DNA of 64,000 nucleotides from the NCBI RefSeq assembly GCF_963921235.1, contig NC_086108.1, positions 112,842,001-112,906,000 on the forward strand. Direction: 5' to 3'. Below are positions 1-11,756 of this stretch, piece by piece. The notes beneath the pieces were generated by a model. It worked only from the letters and a program-made list of their open reading frames with translations, did not search any database and had not been told where the DNA came from. The DNA comes from Mobula hypostoma. Its lineage: Eukaryota. Each line of letters begins with the position of its first letter. Position 1 is the first letter of the stretch. The position numbers were made by a program, and so were the translations under genes.

Positions 1-1964
1 AGAGGTATATTCAGAGGGACAGAGGGAGAAAAAAGAGAGTGAGAGAAAGAATGTGTGCATAAAAATAAGTAACAGATGGGGTATGAAGGGGAGGTGGGCC
101 TCAGCGGAAGTTAGAGAAGTCGATGTTCATGCCATCAGGTTGGAGGCTACCCAGACAGAATATAAGGTGTTGTTCCTCCAACCTGAGTGTGGCTTCACCT
201 TTACAGTAGAGGAGGCCGTGGATAGACATGTCAGAATGGGAATGGGAATGGGATGTGGAATTAAAATGTGTGGCCACTGGGAGATCCTGCTTTCTCTGGC
301 GGACAGAGCGTAGATGTTCAGCAAAGCGGTCTCCCAGTCTGTGTCGGGTCTCGCCAATATATAAAAGGCCACATCGGGAGCACCGGACGCAGTATATCAC
401 CCCAGTCGACTCACAGGTGAAGTGTTGCCTCACCTGGAAGGACTGTTTGGGGCCCTGAATGGTGGTAAGGGAGGAAGTGTAAGGGCATGTGTAGCACTTG
501 TTCCGCTTACACGGATAAGTGCCAGGAGGGAGATCAGTGGGGAGGGATGGGGGGGACGAATGGACAAGGGAGTTGTGTAGGGAGCGATCCCTGCGGAATG
601 CAGAGAGAGGGGGGGGAGGGAAAGATGTGCTTACTGGTGGGATCCCGTTGGAGGTGGCAGAAGTTACGGAGAATAATATGTTGGACCCGGAGGCTGGTGG
701 GGTGGTAGGTGAGGACCAGGGGAACCCTATTCCTAGTGGGGTGGCGGGAGGATGGAGTGAGAGCAGATGTACGTGAAATGGGAGAGATGCGTTTAAGAGC
801 AGAGTTGATAGTGGAGGAAGGGAAGCCCCTTTCTTTAAAAAAGGAAGACATCTCCCTCGTCCTAGAATGAAAAGCCTCATCCTGAGAGCAGATGCGGCGG
901 AGACGGAGGAATTGCGAGAAGGGGATGGCGTTTTTGCAAGAGACAGGGTGAGAAGAGGAATAGTCCAGATAGCTGTGAGAGTCAGTAGGCTTATAGTAGA
1001 CATCAGTGGATAAGCTGTCTCCAGAGACAGAGACAGAAAGATCTAGAAAGGGGAGGGAGGTGTCGGAAATGGACCAGGTAAACTTGAGGGCAGGGTGAAA
1101 GTTGGAGGCAAAGTTAATAAAGTCAACTAGTTCTGCATGCGTGCAGGAAGCAGCGCCAATGCAGTCGTCGATGTAGCGAAGGAAAAGTGGGGGACAGATA
1201 CCAGAATAGGCACAGAACATAGATTGTTCCACAAACCCAACAAAAAGGCAGGCATAGCTAGGACCCATATGGGTGCCCATAGCTACACCTTTAGTTTGGA
1301 GGAAGTGGGAGGAGCCAAAGGAGAAATTATTAAGAGTAAGGACTAATTCCGCTAGACGGAGCAGAGTGGTGGTAGAGGGGAACTGATTAGGTCTGGAATC
1401 CAAAAAGCGTAGAGCTTTGAGACCTTCCTGATGGGGGATGGAGGTATATAGGGACTGGACATCCATGGTGAAAATAAAGCGGTGGGGGCCAGGGAACTTA
1501 AAATCATCGAAAAGTTTAAGAGCGTGAGAAGTGTCATGAACATAGGTAGGAAGGGATTGAACAAGGGGGGATAAAACCGTGTCGAGGTATGCAGAAATGA
1601 GTTCGGTGGGGCAGGAGCAAGCTGAGACAATAGGTCGGCCAGGACAGGCAGGTTTGTGGATCTTGGGTAGGAGGTAGAAACGGGAAGTGCGGGGTGTGGG
1701 AACTATAAGGTTGGTAGCAGTGGATGGGAGATCCCCTGAGCGGATAAAGTCGGTGATGGTGTGGGAGACAATGGCCTGGTGCTCCTTGGTGGGGTCACGA
1801 TCGAGGGGTAAATAAGAGGAGGTATCCGCGAGTTGTCGCTGTGCCTCGGCAAGGTAGAGGTCAGTATGCCAGACTACAACAGCACCCCCCTTATCGGCGG
1901 GTTTAATAATAAGGTTAGGATTAGTGCGGAGGGAGTGGAGAGCAGAGCGTTCCGAAGGAGTGAG
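1..1964 (-). mobile_element. Penelope-like retroelement (Neptune-type RT + Cys linker + GIY-YIG), 5'-truncated and frameshifted; continues past the window edge
   Basis: ORF 534-1466 has RT motifs GVAMG and RYIDD; ORF 101-1003 has the C-terminal GTYPC..NKCYTC and GVIY...YIGET. Confidence 0.92.
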
Positions 1965-3727
1965 TTCTCACGCTCTTAAACTTTTCGATGATTTTAAGTT
2001 CCCTGGCCCCCACCGCTTTATTTTCACCATGGATGTCCAGTCCTTATATACTTCCATCCCCCATCAGGAAGGTCTCAAAGCTCTACGCTTCTTTTTGGAT
2101 TCCAGACCTAATCAGTTCCCCTCTACCACCACTCTGCTCCGTCTAGCGGAATTAGTCCTTACTCTTAATAATTTCTCCTTTGGCTCCTCCCACTTCCTCC
2201 AAACTAAAGGTGTAGCTATGGGCACCCGTATGGGTCCTAGCTATGCCTGCCTTTTTGTTGGGTTTGTGGAACAATCTATGTTCTGTGCCTATTCTGGTAT
2301 CTGTCCCCCACTTTTCCTTCGCTACATCGACGACTGCATTGGCGCTGCTTCCTGCACGCATGCAGAACTCGTTGACTTTATTAACTTTGCCTCCAACTTT
2401 CACCCTGCCCTCAAGTTTACCTGGTCCATTTCCGACACCTCCCTCCCCTTTCTAGATCTTTCTGTCTCTGTCTCTGGAGACAGCTTATCCACTGATGTCT
2501 ACTATAAGCCTACTGACTCTCACAGCTATTTGGACTATTCCTCTTCTCACCCTGTCTCTTGCAAAAACGCCATCCCCTTCTCGCAATTCCTCCGTCTCCG
2601 CCTCATCTGCTCTCAGGATGAGGCTTTTCATTCTAGGACGAGGGAGATGTCTTCCTTTTTTAAAGAAAGGGGCTTCCCTTCCTCCACTATCAACTCTGCT
2701 CTTAAACGCATCTCTCTCATTTCACGTACATCTGCTCTCACTCCATCCTCCCGCCACCCCACTAGGAATAGGGTTCCCCTGGTCCTCACCTACCACCCCA
2801 CCAGCCTCCGGGTCCAACATATTATTCTCCGTAACTTCTGCCACCTCCAACGGGATCCCACCAGTAAGCACATCTTTCCCTCCCCCCCCCTGCATTCCGC
2901 AGGGAACAAGTGCTACACATGCCCTTACACTTCCTCCCTTACCACCATTCAGGGCCCCAAACAGTCCTTCCAGGTGAGGCAACACTTCACCTGTGAGTCG
3001 ACTGGGGTGATATACTGCGTCCGGTGGTCCCGATGTGGCCTTTTATATATTGGCGAGACCCGACACAGATTGGGAGACCGCTTTGCTGAACATCTACGCT
3101 CTGTCCGCCAGAGAAAGCAGGATCTCCCAGTGGCCACACATTTTAATTCCACATCCCATTCCCATTCCCATTCTGACATGTCAATCCACGGCCTCCTCTA
3201 CTGTAAAGATGAAGCCACACTCAGGTTGGAGGAACAACACCTTATATTCCGTCTGGGTAGCCTCCAACCTGATGGCATGAACATCGACTTCTCTAACTTC
3301 CGCTAAGGCCCCACCTCCCCCTCGTACCCCATCTGTTACTTATTTTTATACACACATTCTTTCTCTCACTCTCCTTTTTCTCCCTCTGTCCCTCTGAATA
3401 TACCCCTTGCCATCCTCTGGTTCCCCCCCGTCTTTCTTCCCGGACCTCCTGTCCCATGACCCTCTCATATCCCCTTTTGCCAATCACCTGTCCAGCTCTT
3501 GGCTCTATCCCTCCTCCTCCTGTCTTCTCCTATCATTTTGGATCTCCCCCTCCCCCTCCAACTTTCAAATCCCTTACTCACTCTTCCTTCTGTTAGTCCT
3601 GACGAAGGGTCTCGGCCTGAAACGTCGACTGCACCTCTTCCTACAGATGCTGCCTGGCCTGCTGCGTTCACCAGCAACTTTGATGTGTGTTGCTTGAATT
3701 TCCAGCATCTGCAGAATTCCTGTTGTT
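1965..3727 (+). mobile_element. Second Penelope-like copy, inverted relative to the first, with 3' terminal region containing a hammerhead motif
   Basis: ORF 1924-3306 encodes RT and GIY-YIG; near-identical reverse complement of 1-1530, with an internal deletion of about 86 bp. Confidence 0.92.
3595..3630 (+). ncRNA. Minimal type I hammerhead ribozyme motif in the Penelope terminus
   Basis: AGTC-CTGACGA-AGGGTCTCGGCCT-GAAAC-GTC-GACT: stem I AGTC/GACT, CUGANGA and GAAA cores, GUC site, palindromic ACGT stem III. Confidence 0.8.
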
Positions 3728-3911
3728 CTTGTTATCTTGAGGTTGTGCCCCTCATCCTAGACTCCCCCACTAATCTTCTCCATGTCCACTCTAGCTAGGC
3801 CTTTTATTTAGGCATAGTATTTGATAATATTTGATAGCACTTGGTAAACCCACCAAAATCTAGTGTTGTATGAGGGGTTTTGATATGTGGAATGGAAGGT
3901 TTCACACGTAC

Positions 3912-3992
3912 TTCTGTCGAATGACTGGGTCAGATTCCAATGGGTCAATGAACTTGCTCAGAAGCTCTTCCAATGTTTTGTTATCAGCCACC
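3912..3992 (-). CDS. ZNHIT6: ZNHIT6 exon 7, VADNKTLEELLSKFIDPLESDPVIRQK; gene continues left of the window
   Basis: ttccag acceptor and gtacgt donor; 81 nt; conserved IDP..SDPVIRQ. Confidence 0.93.
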
Positions 3993-4189
3993 CTGGAAAG
4001 CAAAAAGCAATAGTTAATTTCAAAGGGGAGCACATACACAAAAAGAGGCCATTCACTCCCTCTGTCCTGTGACAGCTACTGTGGAGTCACAGAGCATGGA
4101 CACACACTCTTTGGCCCACAGGGTCTGGACCGACCATCAACCATCCCGTTGACACCAATCCCACACAGACCCCACTGTTGACCAAATAG

Positions 4190-5425
4190 AGTTGTACAAG
4201 ATGATAAGAGGCATAGATCGTGTGCACAGCTAGACTTCTTCCCAGGGCGGAAATGGCTAATACCAGGGGGCATAATTTTAAGGTGATTGGAGCACAATAA
4301 GATAAAATTAGGCTACTTGGACCATGACGTCTGCTGTGACATCTTGGCTGATTTATTATCTCAACCCCATTCCTTTGACGCCCTGACTAACCAAGAACCT
4401 ATCAACTTCTGCTTTAAATATTCCCAATGACTTGGCCTTCACAATCTGTGGCACAAATTCCACAGATTCACCACTCTCTGGCTAAAGAAATTCCTCCTCA
4501 TCTTATTCTGAATGGACATCCCTCTATTCTGAGATTGTGGCTTCTCGTCTTTGACTACTCCATGATAGGAAACATCTTCTCTCTATTCGAGGACAGTACA
4601 GGGGGAATGTCAGAAGTAGTTTTGCTTTTACACAGAGAGTGGTGGGTGTGTGCAGCACAGTGGTAGAGGCAGATACATTAGGGATATTGCAAAATAGGCA
4701 CACGGATGATAGAAAGAAATGGAGGACTACGTGGGAAGGTAGGGTTAGATTAACCTTAGTAGGTTGGAAGGGCCTGTACTGTTCTGTAATGTAGTTCCTC
4801 CCCTCCCCTCCCCTTTCCTTTCCAGTGCAGTCCTGACGAAAGGCTTCGGCCTGAAATGCCGAATGTATATTCATTTCCATAAATGCTGCCTGAGGTGTTG
4901 AACTTCGGTAGACCCAACCGGGGTCGGTCTTACACAGTGAACAGCAGGGCACTGCGGAGTGAGTCCGGCAGAACAAATGGATCTGGGAACACAGGTCCGT
5001 AATTCCTTCGGAGAAGTGTCACAGGCAGATGGGGTCGTAAAGATAACTTTCAGCACATTGACCTTCGTAAAACAATATACTTAGTGCAGGAGATGGGATG
5101 CTATGTTGAAATTGCGTAAGGCGTTGGTGAGGCCAAGTTGGCATGTTCTGTGCAGTTCCGGTCACAGGAAAGATGTAAACAAATATAGAGAAAATTTACA
5201 AGGATGTTGCCAGGATTTGAGGACCTGTGTTTTAGGGAAAGTTTGAATCGGTTATGACTTCATTCCCTGGAGCGTAGGAGAGCGAGGGGAGATTTGATAA
5301 GAGGTATAATTATGAGGGGTATAGATAGGGTAAATGCATACAGGCTTTTTCCACTGAGGGAGGGCGAGACTAGAACTAGAGATCATGGGTTAAGGGTGAA
5401 AGGTGAAATGTTTAAGAGGAACATG
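4190..5425. mobile_element. Cluster of CR1 3' fragments in both orientations, with a degenerate Penelope terminus at about 4800-4900
   Basis: CR1 RT C-terminal and 3' UTR motifs; CTGACGA...GAAA remnant. Confidence 0.75.
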
Positions 5426-8400
5426 AGACCGTAAGATATAGGAGCAGAATTAGGCCATTTGGCCCATGGAATCCGCTCTGCCATTTCATCATGGCTGATC
5501 CATTTTTCCTCTCAGCCCCAATCTCCTACCTTCTCCCTGTATCCCTTCATGCTCTGACTAATCAAGAATCTATCAACCTCTGCCTCAAATATACATAAAG
5601 ACTTGGCCTCCACAGCTGCCTGTGACAAAGAATTCCAGATTCACCACTCTCTGGCTAAAAATTCCTCCTCATCTCTGATCTAAAAGGACACTCCTCTATT
5701 CTGAGGTTATGTCCTGTGATCTTAGATTCTCCCACCATAGAAAACATTCCCTCCACATCCACTCTATCAAGGCCTTTCACCATTCCATAGGTTTCAGTAA
5801 GGCCATCCCTCGTGCTTCTGAATTCTAGTGAATACAGGCCCAGAGTCATCAAATGCTTTTCATATTACAAGCCATTCAATCCTGGAATCATTTTCATGAA
5901 CGTTCTTTGAACCCTCTCCAGTTTCAGCACATCCTTTCTAAGTTAAGGGGCCCAAACCTGCTCACGAGACTCCAAGTGAGGCCTCACCCGTGCTTTATAA
6001 AGTCTCAACATTACATCCTTGCTTTTATATTCTAGTCCTCTTGAAATGAATGCTAAGATTGCATTTGCCTTCCTCACCACCGACTCAACCTGCAAATTAG
6101 GGAATCCTGCGTGAGGATTCCCAAGTCCCTTTGCACATCAGTCTTTTCTATTTTCGATCCATTCAGAAAATAGTCTACCCTTCCATTTCTTCTACCGAAG
6201 TGTATGACCGTATACTTCCCAACACTGTATTCCATCTGCCATTTCTTTGCCCATTCTCCTAATCTGTCTAAGTCCTTCTGTATCCTCTCTACTTCCTCAA
6301 AACTACCTGCCCTATAACCTATCTTCATATCGTCTGCAAACTTTGTAACAAAGCCATTAATTCCATCATCCAAATCACTGACATATCATGTGAAAATAAT
6401 CAGTCCCAACACAAACCCTGTGGAACACCACTAGTCACCGGCAAGCAGACGGAAAAGGCTCCCTTTACTCTCACTTGTTGCTTCCTGCCAATCAGCCACT
6501 GCTTTATCAATACTAGAGTCTTTCCTGTAATACTATGGCTCCTAGCTTGTTAAGCAGCCTCACGTGTGGCACCTTGTCACAAAGTCTTCCGAAAATCCAA
6601 GTACATGACTGATTCTCCTTTGTCTATACTGCTTGTTACTTCAAAGAATTCCAAGAGATGTGTCAGACAAGATTTTCCCTTGAGGAAACCATGTTGACTA
6701 TGGCATATTTTATCATATGCCTCCAACTACCCAGACCTCACCATTAATAATCAACTCCAACATCTTCCCAACCAGAGGTCAGACTAACTTGGCCTTTAAT
6801 TTCCTTTCTTCTGCCTCTCTCACTTCTTGAAGAGTGGAGTGACATTTGCAATTCTCCAGTCTTCCAGAACCATTCCACAATCTAGTGATCCTTGAAAGAT
6901 CATTACTAATGCCTCCACAATCTCATCAGCCACCTCTTTCAGAACCCTGGAGTGTAAACTATCTGGTGCAACTCACTCAACTACCTTCAGACCTTCCAGT
7001 TTCCCATGAACCTTCTCTCTAGTTATGGTAACTTCACACACTTCATGCCTCTGACACCTGGAACATCCACCATACTGCAAGTACCTTCCACAGCGAAGAC
7101 TGATGCAAAATATTTATTCACTTCATCTGCAATTTCATTGTCCCCCATTACTACCTCTCCAGCATCATTTTCCAATTAACTATATAACCATATAACAATT
7201 ACAGCACGGAAACAGGCCATCTCGGCCCTTCTAGTCCGTGCCGAACTCTACCCGATCCTAGTCCCACCGACCTGCACTCAGCCCATAACCCTCCATTCCT
7301 TTCCTGTCCATATATCTGTCCAATTTAACTTTAAACGACAACATTGAACCTGCCTCTACCACTTCTGCTGGAAGCTCGTTCCACACAGCTACCACTCTCT
7401 GAGTAAAGAAGTTCCCCCTCACGTTACCCCTAAACCTTTGTCCCCTAACTCTCAAGTTTGTCCGATATCCACTCTCGCCTCTCTTTTACACTATGTATCG
7501 GAAGAAATTTTTGGTATCCTCTTTAATATTATTTGCTAGCTTACTTTCGTATTCCATCTTTACCCTGTTAATATCCTGTAGTGCGCTCAACCACAAACTT
7601 CACTAAAAAGCCATCTCATAGGCACTCTAGAAATTCCCCCTCCTGTCATCCAGCACCAACCTGATTTTCCCAATTGACTTGCATACTGAAAACACCATGA
7701 CTATTGTAACATTGCCCTTTGCCACACATTTTCTATCTCCCATTGTAATTTGTAGGCCACACCCTTATTACTATTTGGAGGTTTGTATACAACCCTGATC
7801 GGGGTCTTTTTACCCTTGCAGTTCCTTAGCTCTATCCACAATGATTTAACACTTTCTGACCCTATGTCGCCTCTTTCTAATGAATTGACTTAATTTGTTT
7901 ACCAACAGAGCAACACTGTCCCCCTATCTTCCTGCCTATCCTTTCGACCCTTGGACATTAAGCTCCTAAATATGATCATCTTTCAGCTACGACTCAGTGG
8001 TGCCTACAAAATCAAACCTGCCGACATGCAACTGTGCAAGTTCATCTACCTTATTCCATATACTGCATGTATTCAAATACAACACCTTCAGTCCTGCATT
8101 CACCCCTTCTGCTTTTGTCTGCCTTTTACATTGCAACTTATCCAGTTGACTGCAATTTTGCCCTATCAACAGTCTCTCCTCAATGCACATTTCCTGTTTG
8201 TAAACCAGCTACCTCATCTTCAGCAATATCATCTGCCTTTCCTACGATACTTCTTGCACTGAAACATGAGCAGATCAGGACATTAGTCACACCATGTTCA
8301 ACCTTTTGATTCCTAACTTTGTCTAAAGACTTGCCAGCATCTGCCTCTACAACCTCTCCACTAACTGTTCTGACACTCTGGTTCCCATCCCCCTGCAACT

Positions 8401-8620
8401 CAGTTTAAACCTCACTGTGCAGCATTAACAAACCTTCCTGCTTGTATATTAGTCCCCTCCAGTTCCTACAAACCATCTCTTCTGTACAGGTCCCACCTTC
8501 CCTGGAAGAGAGCCCAACACTCCAAAACTCTTATGCCCTCCCTCCCCCCAACTCCTTAACCACATGTTAAACTGTATAATCTTCCTAGTTCTGGCCTCAC
8601 TAGGGCTTGACGTAGGCAGG
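5426..8620 (-). mobile_element. Long decayed CR1 LINE (ORF2 endonuclease to RT to 3' tail) with a younger CR1 3' piece nested at about 7178-7455
   Basis: KVLYLN..SI.NKVDEL, KFADD.KI and LGLYSLEFR fragments in the expected order. Confidence 0.88.
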
Positions 8621-9091
8621 AATCAATCCCAAGTGCTGACTGGCCACTAGTCAAAGCTCCATTACGCTACCATGACGCACTGCTGCCTTTTATCGTTGGG
8701 CAGAGGACCTGATTGAAGTCCGCTCCTCTCCAGACTTCTGATGTCCGGATTGGCGGAGGGGAACGGTGAGAAGGTGCAATCAGCAGCAGTGGAAGTGGTG
8801 GGCATGTGTTTGAGTTCAACACCTAAGAGAAGTTTGTTTAACTACACGTAGGGGAAGGTTATGGAGGACTATGGTGGAGATGGGACTAGGCAGAACATCT
8901 CAGCATAGACTAGATGGGCCAAAGAGCCTGGTTTTGTGCTGTAGTGCTCTGTGACACTATGGAGTGCAGATTCCTTGAAGAACTGTAGATGAAATTAATA
9001 AAAGAAGGTCTAGGTGCTGGAAATTTTGGCAGTTCCAGTCAGCATCTGTGCAGCACCCAAACCCGTTACCCCGAGGTGGCCCTCCGCTTAC

Positions 9092-9160
9092 CTCTTCTCC
9101 GTGTAGGTAGCACAGCTCTGAGGGAAGACTAGCTTCACGTGCCAATAGAACATCTGGTCC
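9092..9160 (-). CDS. ZNHIT6: ZNHIT6 exon 6, DQMFYWHVKLVFPQSCATYTEKR
   Basis: tggcag acceptor and gtaagc donor; 69 nt; conserved WHVKL.FPQS. Confidence 0.95.
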
Positions 9161-9344
9161 CTGCCAAGAGCAGTAAATGTGAGTCAGTCCACCAGCAGCG
9201 ATAACTGAGCAACACACACAAAATCCTGGAGGAACTCCACATGTGGAAAGTGTCAAATTTAAAAAAAAAATGTCTTCTTTGCAATAATGTGCTTTTTCCG
9301 CACCTTTCTCTACGCCATCTTGTATAATTTCTCTGCACGGTCCT

Positions 9345-9545
9345 GGGCACACAGTAGTAGTTAGCACAACGTTTTACAGTACCAGTGACCCGGGTTCAAT
9401 TCCCACCGCCACCTGTAAGGAGTTTGTACGTTCTCCCCATGACCGCGTGGGTTTCCTCTGGGTGCTCTGGTTTCCTCCCACACTCTAAAGACATACCGGT
9501 TGTTAGGTAAACTGGGGTATTGCTGGCCGGCGCACCTACTCCATG
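9345..9545 (+). mobile_element. tRNA-derived SINE (HE1/V-SINE-like); related copies at about 10770-11030 (+), 30305-30470 (+), 42165-42280 (-) and 43150-43330 (-)
   Basis: B box GGTTCAATTCC followed by GGAGTTTGTACGTTCTCCC...GGGTTTCCTC core. Confidence 0.75.
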
Positions 9546-9867
9546 CTGTATGTGAATAAATACAAGTTACATTTGTGGTACCTATGTGCCTGTGACACTT
9601 GTGCAAGTCAGGTTTTCATCCTCCCTGTACTTGTTCACACAGCAATAAACTCGACACCGGAAAGCACAGCCTTAAGGCAAAGAGTGGGGGGGGGGGGGAG
9701 TTTAAAGGAGATATTGAAATCTTCATAACCATAAAATATAGGAAAGAATTAGGCCATTTGGCCCGAGCCTGCTCCACCATTCCATGATGACAGATTTACT
9801 ATCCCCTCAACCCATTCCCGAGTTATCCCTGTAACCTTTGACACTTGATTAATCAAGAACCTATCAA

Positions 9868-10500
9868 CGCAAACACGAGGAATTCTGCAGATGCTGGAAA
9901 TTCAAGCAACACACATCAAAGTTGCTGGTGAACGCAGCAGGCCAGGCAGCATCTCTAGGAGGAGGTACAGTCGACGTTTCAGGCCGAGACCCTTCATCAG
10001 GACTACTGCTTTCAATATACCCAATCACTTGCCCTCCTCAGTGTCTGTGATGGTGAGCAACATCTTATATTGCATCTGGGTAGCCTCCAACCTGATGGCA
10101 TAAACATCAATTCCTCAAACTTCCATAATGCCCCCTCACCCCAACCATTCCCCATCCCCTTTTCCCTCTCTCACCATATTTCCTTGCCTGTCCATCGCCT
10201 CCCTCTGGTGCTCCTCCTCCTTCCCTTTCTTCCATGGCTTTCTGACCTCTCTTCGATTTCCCCGCGCTCCGGCCCTGTGTCTCTTTCACCAATCAGCTTC
10301 CCAGCTCTGTACTTCACCCCTTCCCCTCCCAGTGTCACTGATCACCTTGTGTTTCTCTCTCCCCTCCCTTCACCATAGAACTTTGACTTCTTATTGTTTT
10401 TCCACCTGTCCCGCTGAAGGGTCTCAGCCTGAAACGCCAACTGCTTATTCTTTTCCATAGCTGCTGCCTGGCCTGCTGAGATCCCCCGGCATTTCTGTTA
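9868..10500. mobile_element. Penelope terminal fragment (minus, 9868-10005) joined to an older Penelope 3' remnant (plus, about 10030-10500)
   Basis: Similar to 3590-3725 and 3225-3680; LGSLQPDG.NI motif. Confidence 0.8.
9969..10004 (-). ncRNA. Minimal type I hammerhead motif, sense to the ZNHIT6 pre-mRNA
   Basis: Minus strand reads AGTC-CTGATGA-AGGGTCTCGGCCT-GAAAC-GTC-GACT. Confidence 0.8.
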
Positions 10501-11756
10501 ATGCACAGCTAGTTCTTTTAATATTACAACTGGGGCAAACCACAGTTATGTTATATTTATATGACTCAAAGATTCTTTCGACAGACCATACTGGAATAGA
10601 AGTTGTTTAAATTTAAATGACTTACCAGAACTTGTTAACAAACCTTAAAATATGAGATTCTTTCAGTCTTATTCAAATCAATTACACATCAGAATTTATA
10701 AATCAATCATTTCGTAAGACATAAAATAACAAACTGTTCTGAAATACACAGTATGTTCTCAAACAAAGTTGGTTAGTAAAACGCTATCACGGCTCAGGGG
10801 TGTTGAAGCTTGGAGTTCAATCCTGCACCCGATGTAAGGAGTTTGTACAAATCTGGTTCCAGCTTCGAGTGGGGTTCAATTCCTGTCCCTGCCTGCCAGG
10901 AGTTTGTATGTTTTTCCTGTGTCTGTGTGGGTTTCCTCCAACACCCAAAAGAAGTATCAGTTAGTAGGTTGATTGGTCTCTGCTGGAATTTGGCAGTGCA
11001 GGATCATTGGGCCGGAGGAGCTAACTGTGTGTGGATATGGAAAGGACAGCAGACTCGATGGGCCAAACGGCCTAATTCTGCTCCTATATCTTATGAATTT
11101 ACGGCATCTCTAAATAAAATCAAATAGAAGAGATTCTGCAGATGCTGAAATTCTTGAGCAACATATACAAAATGCTGGAGGGATTCAGCAGGTCAGGCAG
11201 CATCTTTGGAAGGGAATAGAGATTTCACATTGAAGGGTCACACCCAAAATCCAGCTGTTTATTCATTTCCATAGATGCTGCCTGACCTGCTGAGATCCTC
11301 CAACATTTTGTATGCGTTTATGCATTTTACTGATTTATATTACCAATAACTTTTTAAAATTTGTTTTAAAATTTCTATGGTGTTTGAAAATGGATCAAAA
11401 TGCTTCCAATTATAGTCATAGTCACATTTTATTGATCCCGGGGGAAATTTGTTATAGAATTGTACAAGAGCATACAACCAAATTCATCCATACATAGTCA
11501 TAGTCATAGTCATACTTTATTGACATACCAACCGTATGTGTTTCCATTATCCCATTTTCTCTGAATTAGGTCTGCATCCCTTTGCACTTTATTGATCCAA
11601 GTGCAGGCGCAAATGTCTTTCATTTGTAAAGGTATCTGCCTCTTACCCCATATCTGTCCTAGCTCGCAAAGTCATCTCCAGCAGATGGGACGAAGGAGAT
11701 CTAACAGTGAAATCCAACAGCCAGGAAGGTGGTAAAGCCTCATTTCATGGAGAGTG

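Noticed and set aside
1924..3306. Intact active Penelope protein
   Set aside because: 5'-truncated, starts across the inversion junction without a real ATG context, and has a linker deletion and a Cys-to-Trp change in the GIY-YIG region
8957..9367. 136-aa ORF overlapping exon 6
   Set aside because: Wrong frame and partly repeat-derived; the supported exon is 9092-9160
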